Origin: a virus
Taxonomy: Duplodnaviria > Caudoviricetes
Strand: one strand, 5' to 3'
IMG/VR virus record: IMGVR_UViG_3300017998_000013
Span: 1-53,920 of that record
Length of the DNA: 53,920 nucleotides
Positions 26,932 through 35,116 of this stretch are shown here, piece by piece. Position numbers and translations under genes: made by a program. A model generated the notes under the pieces. It was not told where the DNA came from. It saw only the letters and a program-made list of their open reading frames with translations, and ran no database searches. The stretch's first letter is position 1, and the number at the start of each line of letters is the position of its first letter.

Positions 26932-27335
26932 GCCCTCCGTCTTGATTCGCGGAATATGTTTAATCTGTCTTGAAGATCGGCAAGCGTGAAGCTCATAACC
27001 TTCGGGAGAAACATCCCCGTCCTTGCCATATATTTTTTATATCCGGGGAACCCTTCACAAAGCATCTTCTCTTCCTGTCTTGCGGTGTGGGAAAGGAGTA
27101 CCAGCAACACCAGCCAGGCCGGTAAGCCGCCTCTCCATCCCGCGCAGAGAGCGAATACCCCCCCGCACATGATAAGAGAGGCGAGGTAGGCAGGGTGGCG
27201 GATATATTTATAAAGCCCCTTCTGGTAAATCTGCTCGGGCTTCGTTATCAATAGGTTGAATCCTGGGTTATTCCAGACCACCCAGAATCTTATCCCGTAT
27301 CCGACGAGTATCATTGAAATCTTTAAGGATATCAT
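26928..27335 (-). CDS. Isoprenylcysteine carboxyl methyltransferase (ICMT/Ste14)/PEMT-family membrane methyltransferase
   Basis: GLYKYIRHPAYLA, TM segments, EEKML...FPGYKKYM.RTGMFLP. TAATG overlap upstream and ATGA overlap downstream. Confidence 0.85.
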   Translation of the reverse strand: MISLKISMILVGYGIRFWVVWNNPGFNLLITKPEQIYQKGLYKYIRHPAYLASLIMCGGVFALCAGWRGGLPAWLVLLVLLSHTARQEEKMLCEGFPGYKKYMARTGMFLPKVMSFTLADLQDRLNIFRESRRRA

Positions 27336-27541
27336 TACATTATGCACGCGGCGATTATTCCCGCAATAGCTATGGCCGCGCCGACTCCCCCGGAGATCAT
27401 CGTCATCTCTTGAGCTTTCTTGGCGTCGGCCTCTTGCTGGTTCGCTTGGTCAACCTGTTGCTGCTCTGCCGAGGAACGGACGAAGCCGCTGATCGCATTG
27501 GACTGTTCTCCCAAGCCTGTAGAGATAATTCCTCCGGCCAT
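27335..27541 (-). CDS. Small putative ejection protein (68 aa) with hydrophobic Gly/Ala C-terminus ending ...AACIM
   Basis: SD GGAGGGGG before MAGGIIS; Q-rich coil followed by GGVGAAIAIAGIIAACIM. Confidence 0.7.
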   Translation of the reverse strand: MAGGIISTGLGEQSNAISGFVRSSAEQQQVDQANQQEADAKKAQEMTMISGGVGAAIAIAGIIAACIM

Positions 27542-27600
27542 TTCCCCCTCCGGTTTTCTTTTCTCTTGACTTATCACCCCCGACATGATAGGGGTAATAC

Positions 27601-28362
27601 ATGAATCTGTCAAGGCTAAAGTGCAAAAGATGCGGCCATGAATGGTGGCCTCGGATTGAAACTCGCCCCAAATCTTGTCCCGAATGTACGAGCGAAATAT
27701 GGGATCGAGACTACAAACTTAAAGGTGGAGTAAAACCACGATCCATCCTCGACACTATGGCTAAGTATGTTGTTAAGCCTATTGATTCGGAGTGTTGGGA
27801 GTGGCATGGCACCACTGACAAGGGGTACGGACGGTTTAAAAAAGCTGGCAAACAAACTCTGGCGCATAGGGCTGCTTATGAACTTTACATAGGCCCTATC
27901 CCCAAAGGGATGAAAGTGTGTCACACCTGTGACAACCCCCCTTGCACGAACCCCGATCATTTGTTTCTTGGCACCGATCTTGATAATAAGACGGATAGTG
28001 TTAACAAAAACCGTCATGCACACGGGGAGAAGCAAGGGGCTTGCAAATTGACCAGTGAGCAGGTCCTTGCCATACTGGATGACCCTCGTCCTTATATTGA
28101 AATTGCTAATGCCTATGATGTGGCCTACATCACTATTTCTCGCATTCGTCGTGGAAGAGGATGGAGACACATTACAAAGGGCTTGATCCCCCCGAAACAA
28201 CGCAAGCCGACTTATGGCCGCGCCAAACTTCAAAGCTCCGATATCCATGCAATCCGCAAGGACCCCCGGACGTGTAAAGATATCGCTAAAGATTACGGTG
28301 TAACTCTTTCGACAATCAGTCGGATTAAGAATGGGACGACATACGGACACGTTATCTCCTAA
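27601..28362 (+). CDS. HNH homing endonuclease (Zn-ribbon, HNH, two HTH repeats), antisense to the late operon
   Basis: ECWEW.G..DKGYG, AHRAAY, VCHTCDNPPCTNPDHL..GT..DN, and two IA..Y.V...TISRI repeats. Confidence 0.9.
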   Translation: MNLSRLKCKRCGHEWWPRIETRPKSCPECTSEIWDRDYKLKGGVKPRSILDTMAKYVVKPIDSECWEWHGTTDKGYGRFKKAGKQTLAHRAAYELYIGPIPKGMKVCHTCDNPPCTNPDHLFLGTDLDNKTDSVNKNRHAHGEKQGACKLTSEQVLAILDDPRPYIEIANAYDVAYITISRIRRGRGWRHITKGLIPPKQRKPTYGRAKLQSSDIHAIRKDPRTCKDIAKDYGVTLSTISRIKNGTTYGHVIS

Positions 28363-28366
28363 CTCC

Positions 28367-28963
28367 TCATTGTGACTTATAGGCTGTCATGGCGCTTTGC
28401 TGCGCCACGTTGGGGTTCGGCGCACTCCCCAGACTGATCAGCTCATCCTGCGTTGCCACGTTCTGACGCGCCGTGTTCTGCGCCCCCGCCACCATCTGAG
28501 CCCTTGATAGATTATTCAATCTGGAATTGACTGCCGTCTGCTGCGGAGTCGCAACGACTCCTTGCGAGGCCATCTGACGGGCTTCCACTCCTTGCATGGA
28601 GTCCGCCGCGCCGGTAGCGTTCGTGGTTGCCTGGTTTACGGCATCAGTGAGTATTTCGGGATTATTGAAAGAAGTCTGCATCAGTAAATTCTGCTCGACT
28701 GGTTTGTACTGCGTCTCCCAGTTGGCGAATTCAGCCGCGAGGACTTTGGCAGCCATGCCTTGAGCCGTCCCGGTTGGGGCGATCTGTCCTGACTGCGCTT
28801 CCGTTTGGAGCCCTGACAGGTCAATTGGTGTTAGTGATGCAGGAGTTCCGGGATTAAGTACCCCCCAGGCCCCTCCCCCCCCCCCACTCGCCGGCTTATA
28901 TACAGACCATGTGCCAGTCACGGGGTCGTAAAGATTCTGCTGTCCCTGGGGAGTGTAGTCCAT
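28367..28963 (-). CDS. Putative ejection/internal virion protein
   Basis: Q/A/N-rich; WETQYKPVE motif; located in the ejection block. Confidence 0.6.
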   Translation of the reverse strand: MDYTPQGQQNLYDPVTGTWSVYKPASGGGGGAWGVLNPGTPASLTPIDLSGLQTEAQSGQIAPTGTAQGMAAKVLAAEFANWETQYKPVEQNLLMQTSFNNPEILTDAVNQATTNATGAADSMQGVEARQMASQGVVATPQQTAVNSRLNNLSRAQMVAGAQNTARQNVATQDELISLGSAPNPNVAQQSAMTAYKSQ

Positions 28964-28978
28964 TATAAGCGCCTCCTA

Positions 28979-29635
28979 TTACCACGCTGGCGGATTGTCA
29001 GGATTCAGCCATTTGAAAGTATCGCTACTTGCCCCAAGGTTGAAATTAGCATCAAGGGCCGGGTTGCCGGTCCCTGCGTTTGGTGATCCGCTGGCACCAG
29101 CCGGGTTGCTGCTCATAAGCGCCCTTGTCCCGAGTGCTGCCGCCGCTCCCACTCCTGAACCAATAGCGTTTTCTTCCGCACCTTCCGCCATCAGTTTCGA
29201 TTTCTCATCAGCAATGGCTTTCTGTACCGACTGTTCCGCAAGTTGCCCCTGCCCGCCCATGGCCTGAGTCTGCTGGCCTCTGCCGATATCGACGATGTTC
29301 TGGAGGCCGGACATCTGCTGTGCCCTGACTGCCGCATCCGCGCTTGTCGTCCCTTTTGACTTGATATCGGCGGCTGCGTTGCCCCTTCTGGCTATCTGTG
29401 TCGCATTCTCGCCAGGGGCGGCCCCTGCGACACCTTCCATAACGGAAGCGTTGACTTTGCCTGCCGCTGCCGAGGATTGCGCCCCGGACTTGGCATTACC
29501 GGTCTCTTTGGTTATAAATTTGTCTATGTAAGGTTTGTACGAAGTTGAGTAATAATCCCAGAGTTTGACATTATTCTTTTGCTGCTGGATCTGGTCTTGT
29601 GTTTCCTGTATCCCGCCACCGCCACCGCCGCCCAT
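28979..29635 (-). CDS. Putative ejection protein with N-terminal poly-Gly
   Basis: MGGGGGGG...WDYY..YKP; C-terminal GSGVGAAAALG. Follows a GNAT gene, as in many podoviruses. Confidence 0.65.
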   Translation of the reverse strand: MGGGGGGGIQETQDQIQQQKNNVKLWDYYSTSYKPYIDKFITKETGNAKSGAQSSAAAGKVNASVMEGVAGAAPGENATQIARRGNAAADIKSKGTTSADAAVRAQQMSGLQNIVDIGRGQQTQAMGGQGQLAEQSVQKAIADEKSKLMAEGAEENAIGSGVGAAAALGTRALMSSNPAGASGSPNAGTGNPALDANFNLGASSDTFKWLNPDNPPAW

Positions 29636-29636
29636 G

Positions 29637-30023
29637 TCAGACCTCCAGGCTGTACGTAGTTAGTCCCCTTCGGACTCCCGGCATCCGGTCGAAGCCTACA
29701 CGGGGGGACTGCCACACCATCCTGGAAGCTCCTACGTTTCGAGCTATTTCACGCAAGAACTCTGTGTTTCTCTCTCTTTTACCATTAATCCCGTAAGCAA
29801 TCCAGACAAAAAGCACGGTTCCCCATCGTTTATGAGGATTAATCTTACAGACTGCGAAGCTCTCGTCCTCGTCGTTCAAGAACAGACACGCCGTCCTGTT
29901 CTGAATTGCGTAATAAACATCGTCCTCGGTCCAGTCGCAATCGTCGGCAAACCGCTTTGCAATGGCGGTGATCTTGCCAACGATATCCGGCCAGACTTTC
30001 TCAAGGTCGGTGGTGAAGATCAC
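29637..30023 (-). CDS. Phage GNAT-fold acyltransferase-like protein
   Basis: VWPDI...I, LFVWIAYG, L.EIAR..GA.RM...SPR.GF.R. Canonical position between the tail and ejection genes. Confidence 0.6.
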   Translation of the reverse strand: MIFTTDLEKVWPDIVGKITAIAKRFADDCDWTEDDVYYAIQNRTACLFLNDEDESFAVCKINPHKRWGTVLFVWIAYGINGKRERNTEFLREIARNVGASRMVWQSPRVGFDRMPGVRRGLTTYSLEV

Positions 30024-30211
30024 TTGGTCACCATCTTCTTTGAAATCACGAGGCTGTTATCCACCAGCCCAGTATTTATCAAGTCCTGCGCCGTGAGCGG
30101 CCCGCCGTTCTTCTGAACTGTGCTGAAAAACACCTGGAGCTGGTCCATGTTGTCTATCAGGTCTTGAAGATTCACGCTCTTTTTTATGACCGGCGTCTTT
30201 ACGAGGCTCAT
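30020..30211 (-). CDS. Small virion-module protein
   Basis: Coupled to both neighbours; LTAQDLINTGLV motif. Confidence 0.6.
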   Translation of the reverse strand: MSLVKTPVIKKSVNLQDLIDNMDQLQVFFSTVQKNGGPLTAQDLINTGLVDNSLVISKKMVTK

Positions 30212-32604
30212 TGTGGAAGTTCCCCGATATCCGAAGCGAGATAAACAACCGTCGCTCCTTTCGTACCATACACCCGGCAGTCAACGGCGTCAACCATTGC
30301 GTTCGCCATCCCTATCATCTGCGGGTTTTTCGATGTGACCGTAGCGGTTATTGTCTGCGGCGCCGGGTTGCCGTTCCCGTCCACTATCTGCGGGTAGATT
30401 ATATCCACTACGACCGGGTATGACGTTGCGAGCACCTTAATCCACTGCGGCATACTCGGCGGGCCGGACTGTCGCGGCGATTTCCAGTCGAGTGAGCGAG
30501 GAGATGCAACATTTGAAGCAAGCGACACGATATCATTGCCGACCTGGAGGAACAGGTAACCGGTCACGAAGTCGTAGCATCCCGCCGTAGCGTAGAAATC
30601 CAAGTCTACGAAGTTCTTGGTTGCCGGATCGAATATGAACCCCGCCTGAACGTCGCCGTTTGTGTAAAACCCAACGTATTTATTCTCCCAGAAGTACGCC
30701 GAAATGGATGATGGAGCGTAATTTGCCCACTCATCGCGGGACATAATATCCTGAGTGATGATATTATTCGTCCCTTGCCCGAGAGCAATAAGCCCCTCCG
30801 GTGCGGCATAGATCGAAAACGCCCCCATGTTTACGACACTGCGCTTTGACAGGCAACTGAACCCTAACGGAATATAGGCCGGGACGCTGTTCTCCGGGTC
30901 GGTGAACGTGATCGCCTGCGGGAGCCCTTGAGTCAGTATCACAAGGGTATTCCCCCATGCAACGAGCCCCATGATTTCATCTTCCATAGACTTCTGATAA
31001 CTGGCAGGCCATGCGTGGGGGTAGCTCGGAACGGAAAGGCATAGAGTGTTGTTGAGCCAACACGCCATAGCCTCATTCGGAAGAGCTGCGAGCCCCTCCA
31101 CACCGGCCGGTGGGCCATCCCATTCGGCAGACTGGAGCACATCCGCCAGAGCTGAGTCAAGCAGGGAATCGGTATAGGACGCCGTGGCCACTGCCACCTG
31201 TTCGACAAGCTGAAAAATCTCGTTACCGTTCGCGTCTTGATTCAGCCGGTATATGTTAGAGTACAGAACCCAGAACAAAGGATCTGCCGGGCCGGTTTCA
31301 AGCCCCGTGACTGACACATGGTCCCCATCGAGCAGAGCAATAAGATTCGACACCGGCCCGGGGGGGCCAACCTCCCCATATCCGTTCACATACGCCTGAA
31401 CATAGTTTTTAGATTCGAGAGTGGTGGGGTCCGGATCGACGAGCTTCATTGCAGAGCATTTAACGTAAATTCCAGATGCGAACGTGCCATAGTCGTTAGA
31501 ATCCACCCCGTCAAGAGTGAAGTGCTTTGCGTCAATAACGGTAATGGTCCCGATCCACCCCTCAAGCTCCACCATCCCGACCATGTTGTAGAATTTCAGA
31601 GAGGTCCCTGTAGTGAGATTATGCGCTGTGCCTTGAGTCAGTTTAGCGGGGTTCGCCTTGCTGATATTGTCTGATGTCCCGATGGACACGGCAACGGGGG
31701 TGAATACTGAGGCAAGAGGGGACCCTGACGAGAGCACTCGCGACTGAAGTGTCCACGTCCCGCTGGTAAACGTGGGGTAACTTGTGGAATCCACCCCGTC
31801 TATGGTGAAATGAGACGAATCAACCACCGTGATCGTTCCCTGGTAGCCGTTAAGCTCAATCATTCCTATAATGCTGAACAAGAGGGTGTCACCGGTGATG
31901 AGTCCGTGGTTGGTATCAGTGCATTCAGCCGGGTTCCCTTTCGATAACACGGTAATCGTCCCGGAGTTCATCACCTTCAGACCTGTAGCGTAGAAACTGG
32001 CAAGCCCCGCTGCGATAGTGAGCCCGTTGAACGCGAACGACACCCCGTCGAGGCCGGTGACCCCGGTGGAGAAAAATTCCAGTAGCCAGTTCAGGCTGAT
32101 ATTCCCCATCCCGTTGTCGTAGACGGTCACCTTCGCGCCTGTTGAGTCGAGGATGACTGATGCTATCATCGAGAAAGGGGCAGACACGCCAAGGACTGTG
32201 GCAACGGGGGCGGTGAGAGGGGCGGGTGGTGAGGGTTTGCGGTAGGCCATGGGGTAAGCGGTGCCACCCTGTTTATAAAGGTTCTTATCCGTTACCCGCA
32301 ATTCGCCCGCTTCGGTGTAAAATACCCGCTTCCATGAGTCGTTAGGAAGAGGGGCGAGCACGGCGTCTACATCATCCGCCCATGCGAGCCACTTTACAGA
32401 ACCGTCGCCATCATAGAGAAATATCGAGACTATCGGTCCTGCGACCGTCGGGGTGTATTCGGCACCATCGGTCCCGAGCGGGACGAGTCCGCCGTGATCG
32501 AACCGGCAGTTTTTGGCTACCTGAGCATGACCGGGGGGGATAAGCCGCGGGTCGGTGATCCTTGGAACAATGCCGCCAAACTGAGAAAAAGTCAAGAGCG
32601 CCAT
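30208..32604 (-). CDS. Tail nozzle/stabilisation protein with inserted E1-FCCH-like repeats
   Basis: F.G..PR, AKNC.F..G.L.P, Y...YVN.YGE.GPP, PHAWP..Y, CLSKRS.V. Two repeats of S.KxNPA...H.L.TG...GM.EL.G...ITV.D..HFT.DGVDS..Y.TF.SG. Confidence 0.75.
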   Translation of the reverse strand: MALLTFSQFGGIVPRITDPRLIPPGHAQVAKNCRFDHGGLVPLGTDGAEYTPTVAGPIVSIFLYDGDGSVKWLAWADDVDAVLAPLPNDSWKRVFYTEAGELRVTDKNLYKQGGTAYPMAYRKPSPPAPLTAPVATVLGVSAPFSMIASVILDSTGAKVTVYDNGMGNISLNWLLEFFSTGVTGLDGVSFAFNGLTIAAGLASFYATGLKVMNSGTITVLSKGNPAECTDTNHGLITGDTLLFSIIGMIELNGYQGTITVVDSSHFTIDGVDSTSYPTFTSGTWTLQSRVLSSGSPLASVFTPVAVSIGTSDNISKANPAKLTQGTAHNLTTGTSLKFYNMVGMVELEGWIGTITVIDAKHFTLDGVDSNDYGTFASGIYVKCSAMKLVDPDPTTLESKNYVQAYVNGYGEVGPPGPVSNLIALLDGDHVSVTGLETGPADPLFWVLYSNIYRLNQDANGNEIFQLVEQVAVATASYTDSLLDSALADVLQSAEWDGPPAGVEGLAALPNEAMACWLNNTLCLSVPSYPHAWPASYQKSMEDEIMGLVAWGNTLVILTQGLPQAITFTDPENSVPAYIPLGFSCLSKRSVVNMGAFSIYAAPEGLIALGQGTNNIITQDIMSRDEWANYAPSSISAYFWENKYVGFYTNGDVQAGFIFDPATKNFVDLDFYATAGCYDFVTGYLFLQVGNDIVSLASNVASPRSLDWKSPRQSGPPSMPQWIKVLATSYPVVVDIIYPQIVDGNGNPAPQTITATVTSKNPQMIGMANAMVDAVDCRVYGTKGATVVYLASDIGELPQ

Positions 32605-33548
32605 TATTGCCCCGCTGCCGCGACTGCGGTTTTCACCTGTTTCTGAACGCCGAGTGCTTGGTAAAATGATTGCCTATACATCTGCGACTTCTGCAAAGCA
32701 TTAGGCACGGTAGTATTCTCCGCCAGGCACCATGCAATGCAGCCGTTAATCGCCGGGACTTCGAACTCATCAGGGAGAGGGAACGGGTCGTTTACCGGGT
32801 CCTGTGCCGCGGTCGGGTATGCAGAACCGAGGTTTTCTATCTGTGTGGGGGCAACTGCGGGTTGGGGAGGAAACACGCCGTAAGCGTAGGGGTCTTTCTC
32901 ATCCATGACCACGATGGAGACCACCCCATCGGCCGGCCAAGTGTGCCAGTCAGGGATACACTGGTCCATAGTCTCACGGGGGACGGAAGTTATCACTTTG
33001 CCGGGGGTGGCTCCGTTGACGCCCATGTTTCTTCTCGCGTCCAGCAGATCATTCCATCCAGCGGGAAATGTTTGCCGTGTCCCGGCAACGAGTTGGCACA
33101 CCTGAAGAATGGAATTCGCTTCCGGCCGGAGGTCCACTATCTCATGACAAACGAGATTCAGGTAAACGAGCAGGATATTCGTTGGGTAGCCGATATTCAG
33201 TATATCCTGGAGCTGCCGGCCGATTGCCGCGATAATCGCCGCTACCCCCACCGTGCCGGGACCGACAAGCGCCTCCTCAATAGATATATCGTTGCCGATC
33301 ATCTGGCCGTTGTACCATATCTCTATCGGGTAGGGTCCGCCGTTTGGAACGGCTAGGCTGCCGTAATACCACGACTGAATGGCGGATGTGTCGGCGAATT
33401 CCGTGAGATAGAAATCGTTTTCTGCGCCCCATTGGAGCGTAGTGAAGTTCCAGAACTGCCCTGCGTTCGGCATTCGGCAGTAGACTGCGGCATTGCCGAG
33501 GCCCTTGTCGTAGCGGAGCGTCACGTTTTTCGTCGGTTGGTTGAGCAT
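32604..33548 (-). CDS. Head-tail adaptor/connector protein
   Basis: QLQD....Y....LL.YLN....I...RPEAN, LVAGTRQ..P, RNMG..G..PG, P.WH; ends FYQALG. Confidence 0.65.
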   Translation of the reverse strand: MLNQPTKNVTLRYDKGLGNAAVYCRMPNAGQFWNFTTLQWGAENDFYLTEFADTSAIQSWYYGSLAVPNGGPYPIEIWYNGQMIGNDISIEEALVGPGTVGVAAIIAAIGRQLQDILNIGYPTNILLVYLNLVCHEIVDLRPEANSILQVCQLVAGTRQTFPAGWNDLLDARRNMGVNGATPGKVITSVPRETMDQCIPDWHTWPADGVVSIVVMDEKDPYAYGVFPPQPAVAPTQIENLGSAYPTAAQDPVNDPFPLPDEFEVPAINGCIAWCLAENTTVPNALQKSQMYRQSFYQALGVQKQVKTAVAAAGQ

Positions 33549-33559
33549 GATTCCCCCGG

Positions 33560-34018
33560 TTACTGTACCGCCATATCCAGATTAAACATTATGTAGGTGT
33601 CCACGTTCGATTTGCGCCAGTTCAGGTTTGGGCCGTTGTTGAAATTTCGCATAAGCCAGATTCGAGGATCGCCAGCATTCACATAAATAACCCCCGTGCC
33701 ATAGGCCCCGCCATTGGTGTAAGTGACCGTACCGACAAAGCCGCTCTTCGCCGGTTTCAGTCCTTCAGGGATATTTACCAACAGCCCGGTAGACGGGATA
33801 CCGGATACACTGGACACCTCTAAGGTCATGTTCCATTGCAACCGGCCATCTTCTACCTTATATTCATTCCTGGTGATGCTGCCGACATCGACAGCCCACT
33901 GCATAAAGGCGCTACCGTAGAAGTCAGAGTTGTCGGGATTGTAGGTTTGCCATTGGCAAGCATTGGCAGAGATTGTTATGAGCATGATTACTAAGAACAT
34001 CCAGAATGTTTTCATCAT
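33560..34018 (-). CDS. Signal-peptide protein paralogous to the C-terminal domain of the upstream tail-fibre-like protein
   Basis: MMKTFWMFLVIMLITISANA followed by a domain that aligns by eye with the last ~125 aa of 34028..35116. Confidence 0.7.
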   Translation of the reverse strand: MMKTFWMFLVIMLITISANACQWQTYNPDNSDFYGSAFMQWAVDVGSITRNEYKVEDGRLQWNMTLEVSSVSGIPSTGLLVNIPEGLKPAKSGFVGTVTYTNGGAYGTGVIYVNAGDPRIWLMRNFNNGPNLNWRKSNVDTYIMFNLDMAVQ

Positions 34019-34027
34019 AACCTCCTG

Positions 34028-35116
34028 TTACTGGATTTCAAACTCAATATTGAGCAAGATCGACGTATTCCCGGTTGACGCAGCCCAAGTGGTCGAAGCA
34101 TAATTTTTAAATAGTCCCATGTACGACGACCCGTTGCCATTGCCAGCAATAATCCCCTGCCCATACGTTCCGTTGTCTGAATAGACGAAACTGCCGATAT
34201 ACGAATTCGTTACCTCTTTTGCACCATTTGGGATGGTCAGGACGAGGGCATTACCCCCTGATGTCACGCTTGTCCCCGTGATCGAAAGAACCCAGTGCAT
34301 CCTTTTCCCCACTATGGAATATCGGCTATACGCAACGTTCCCCGAGACGACCGTCCATGTATTGCCAGACCCGATAAAGTTCCCCGCGCTGAACGTGGGG
34401 GTGCTCCATGTTGGAAGGTTATTAGTTATCGCCCTCCCAACGAAATATGAATTTACCGCATACCTGCTGCTGTCTGACGCCGGGGGAGTCGGCACCTTAA
34501 GCCCATGTGTTGTATAGTTCACAAATGGCGCGGAATAGTTTGCAAACGGTGAACGACCATCAGGTCCATTAACCGGGATTTGGCTTGCGCCAGGGCGGGT
34601 CGAAGGGGCGAACCCTCCTGCCAGCGTAGAATTGGCAGCAAGAGTGGCATTCGCTGCATTCGTGGCCCAGAATACCAAACCTGAATCGGTAAGGGTCCCT
34701 ATCGGTATCCACCCGGTATCTGCGCCGTTCCTGATCCTGAGAGTCGGGGGGGAGGTCGAAGTATCGCACCATAATGGGTTATGAGACCCCGTTGTCGTCG
34801 GTGCTGTGGCTGAGTTATAAACAGAGAGGATGTTCGCTTGGACTTGGTTTACAGTCGCCCGGCCACCGCCCATGGAGGTATATGCAACCTGGACCGCACC
34901 GATACTCGCAGGGGTGATCGTAATCGTTTTAGACCCCGGAGTATTCACTGCCCCCACGACCTTGATAGTCGAGTGGGAAGTCGGGGCGCATATTTTGCCG
35001 CCGGCAGAAGAGAAACAATTGAACGTGTTAATTACCGGAGTGGCGTTGCTGCCGTAGACGATTTGACCGACGCAAAACAAAGCGATCGCGAGTATTCCGT
35101 AATAGATCGGTTTCAA
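34028..35116 (-). CDS. Tail fibre/receptor-binding-like protein with N-terminal signal-like sequence
   Basis: TTG start overlaps the upstream stop. TAP...LWCDTS....LRIRNGADTGW is a fibre motif; S/T/G-rich; beta-rich tip with RYSIVGK. Confidence 0.65.
   Translation of the reverse strand: MKPIYYGILAIALFCVGQIVYGSNATPVINTFNCFSSAGGKICAPTSHSTIKVVGAVNTPGSKTITITPASIGAVQVAYTSMGGGRATVNQVQANILSVYNSATAPTTTGSHNPLWCDTSTSPPTLRIRNGADTGWIPIGTLTDSGLVFWATNAANATLAANSTLAGGFAPSTRPGASQIPVNGPDGRSPFANYSAPFVNYTTHGLKVPTPPASDSSRYAVNSYFVGRAITNNLPTWSTPTFSAGNFIGSGNTWTVVSGNVAYSRYSIVGKRMHWVLSITGTSVTSGGNALVLTIPNGAKEVTNSYIGSFVYSDNGTYGQGIIAGNGNGSSYMGLFKNYASTTWAASTGNTSILLNIEFEIQ

Noticed and set aside
27335-27350. Canonical CaaX prenylation motif
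   Set aside because: Cys is third from the C-terminus (ACIM) and no prenyltransferase is encoded; kept only as a weaker hypothesis.
33560-35116. Diversity-generating retroelement (TR/VR pair)
   Set aside because: Similarity is only at the diverged protein level, with no near-identical DNA repeat with A-specific mismatches and no reverse transcriptase in the window.
34028-35116. Enrichment of N-glycosylation sequons in the fibre
   Set aside because: About eight N-x-S/T sites are present, but the protein is so N/S/T-rich that this is near chance expectation.
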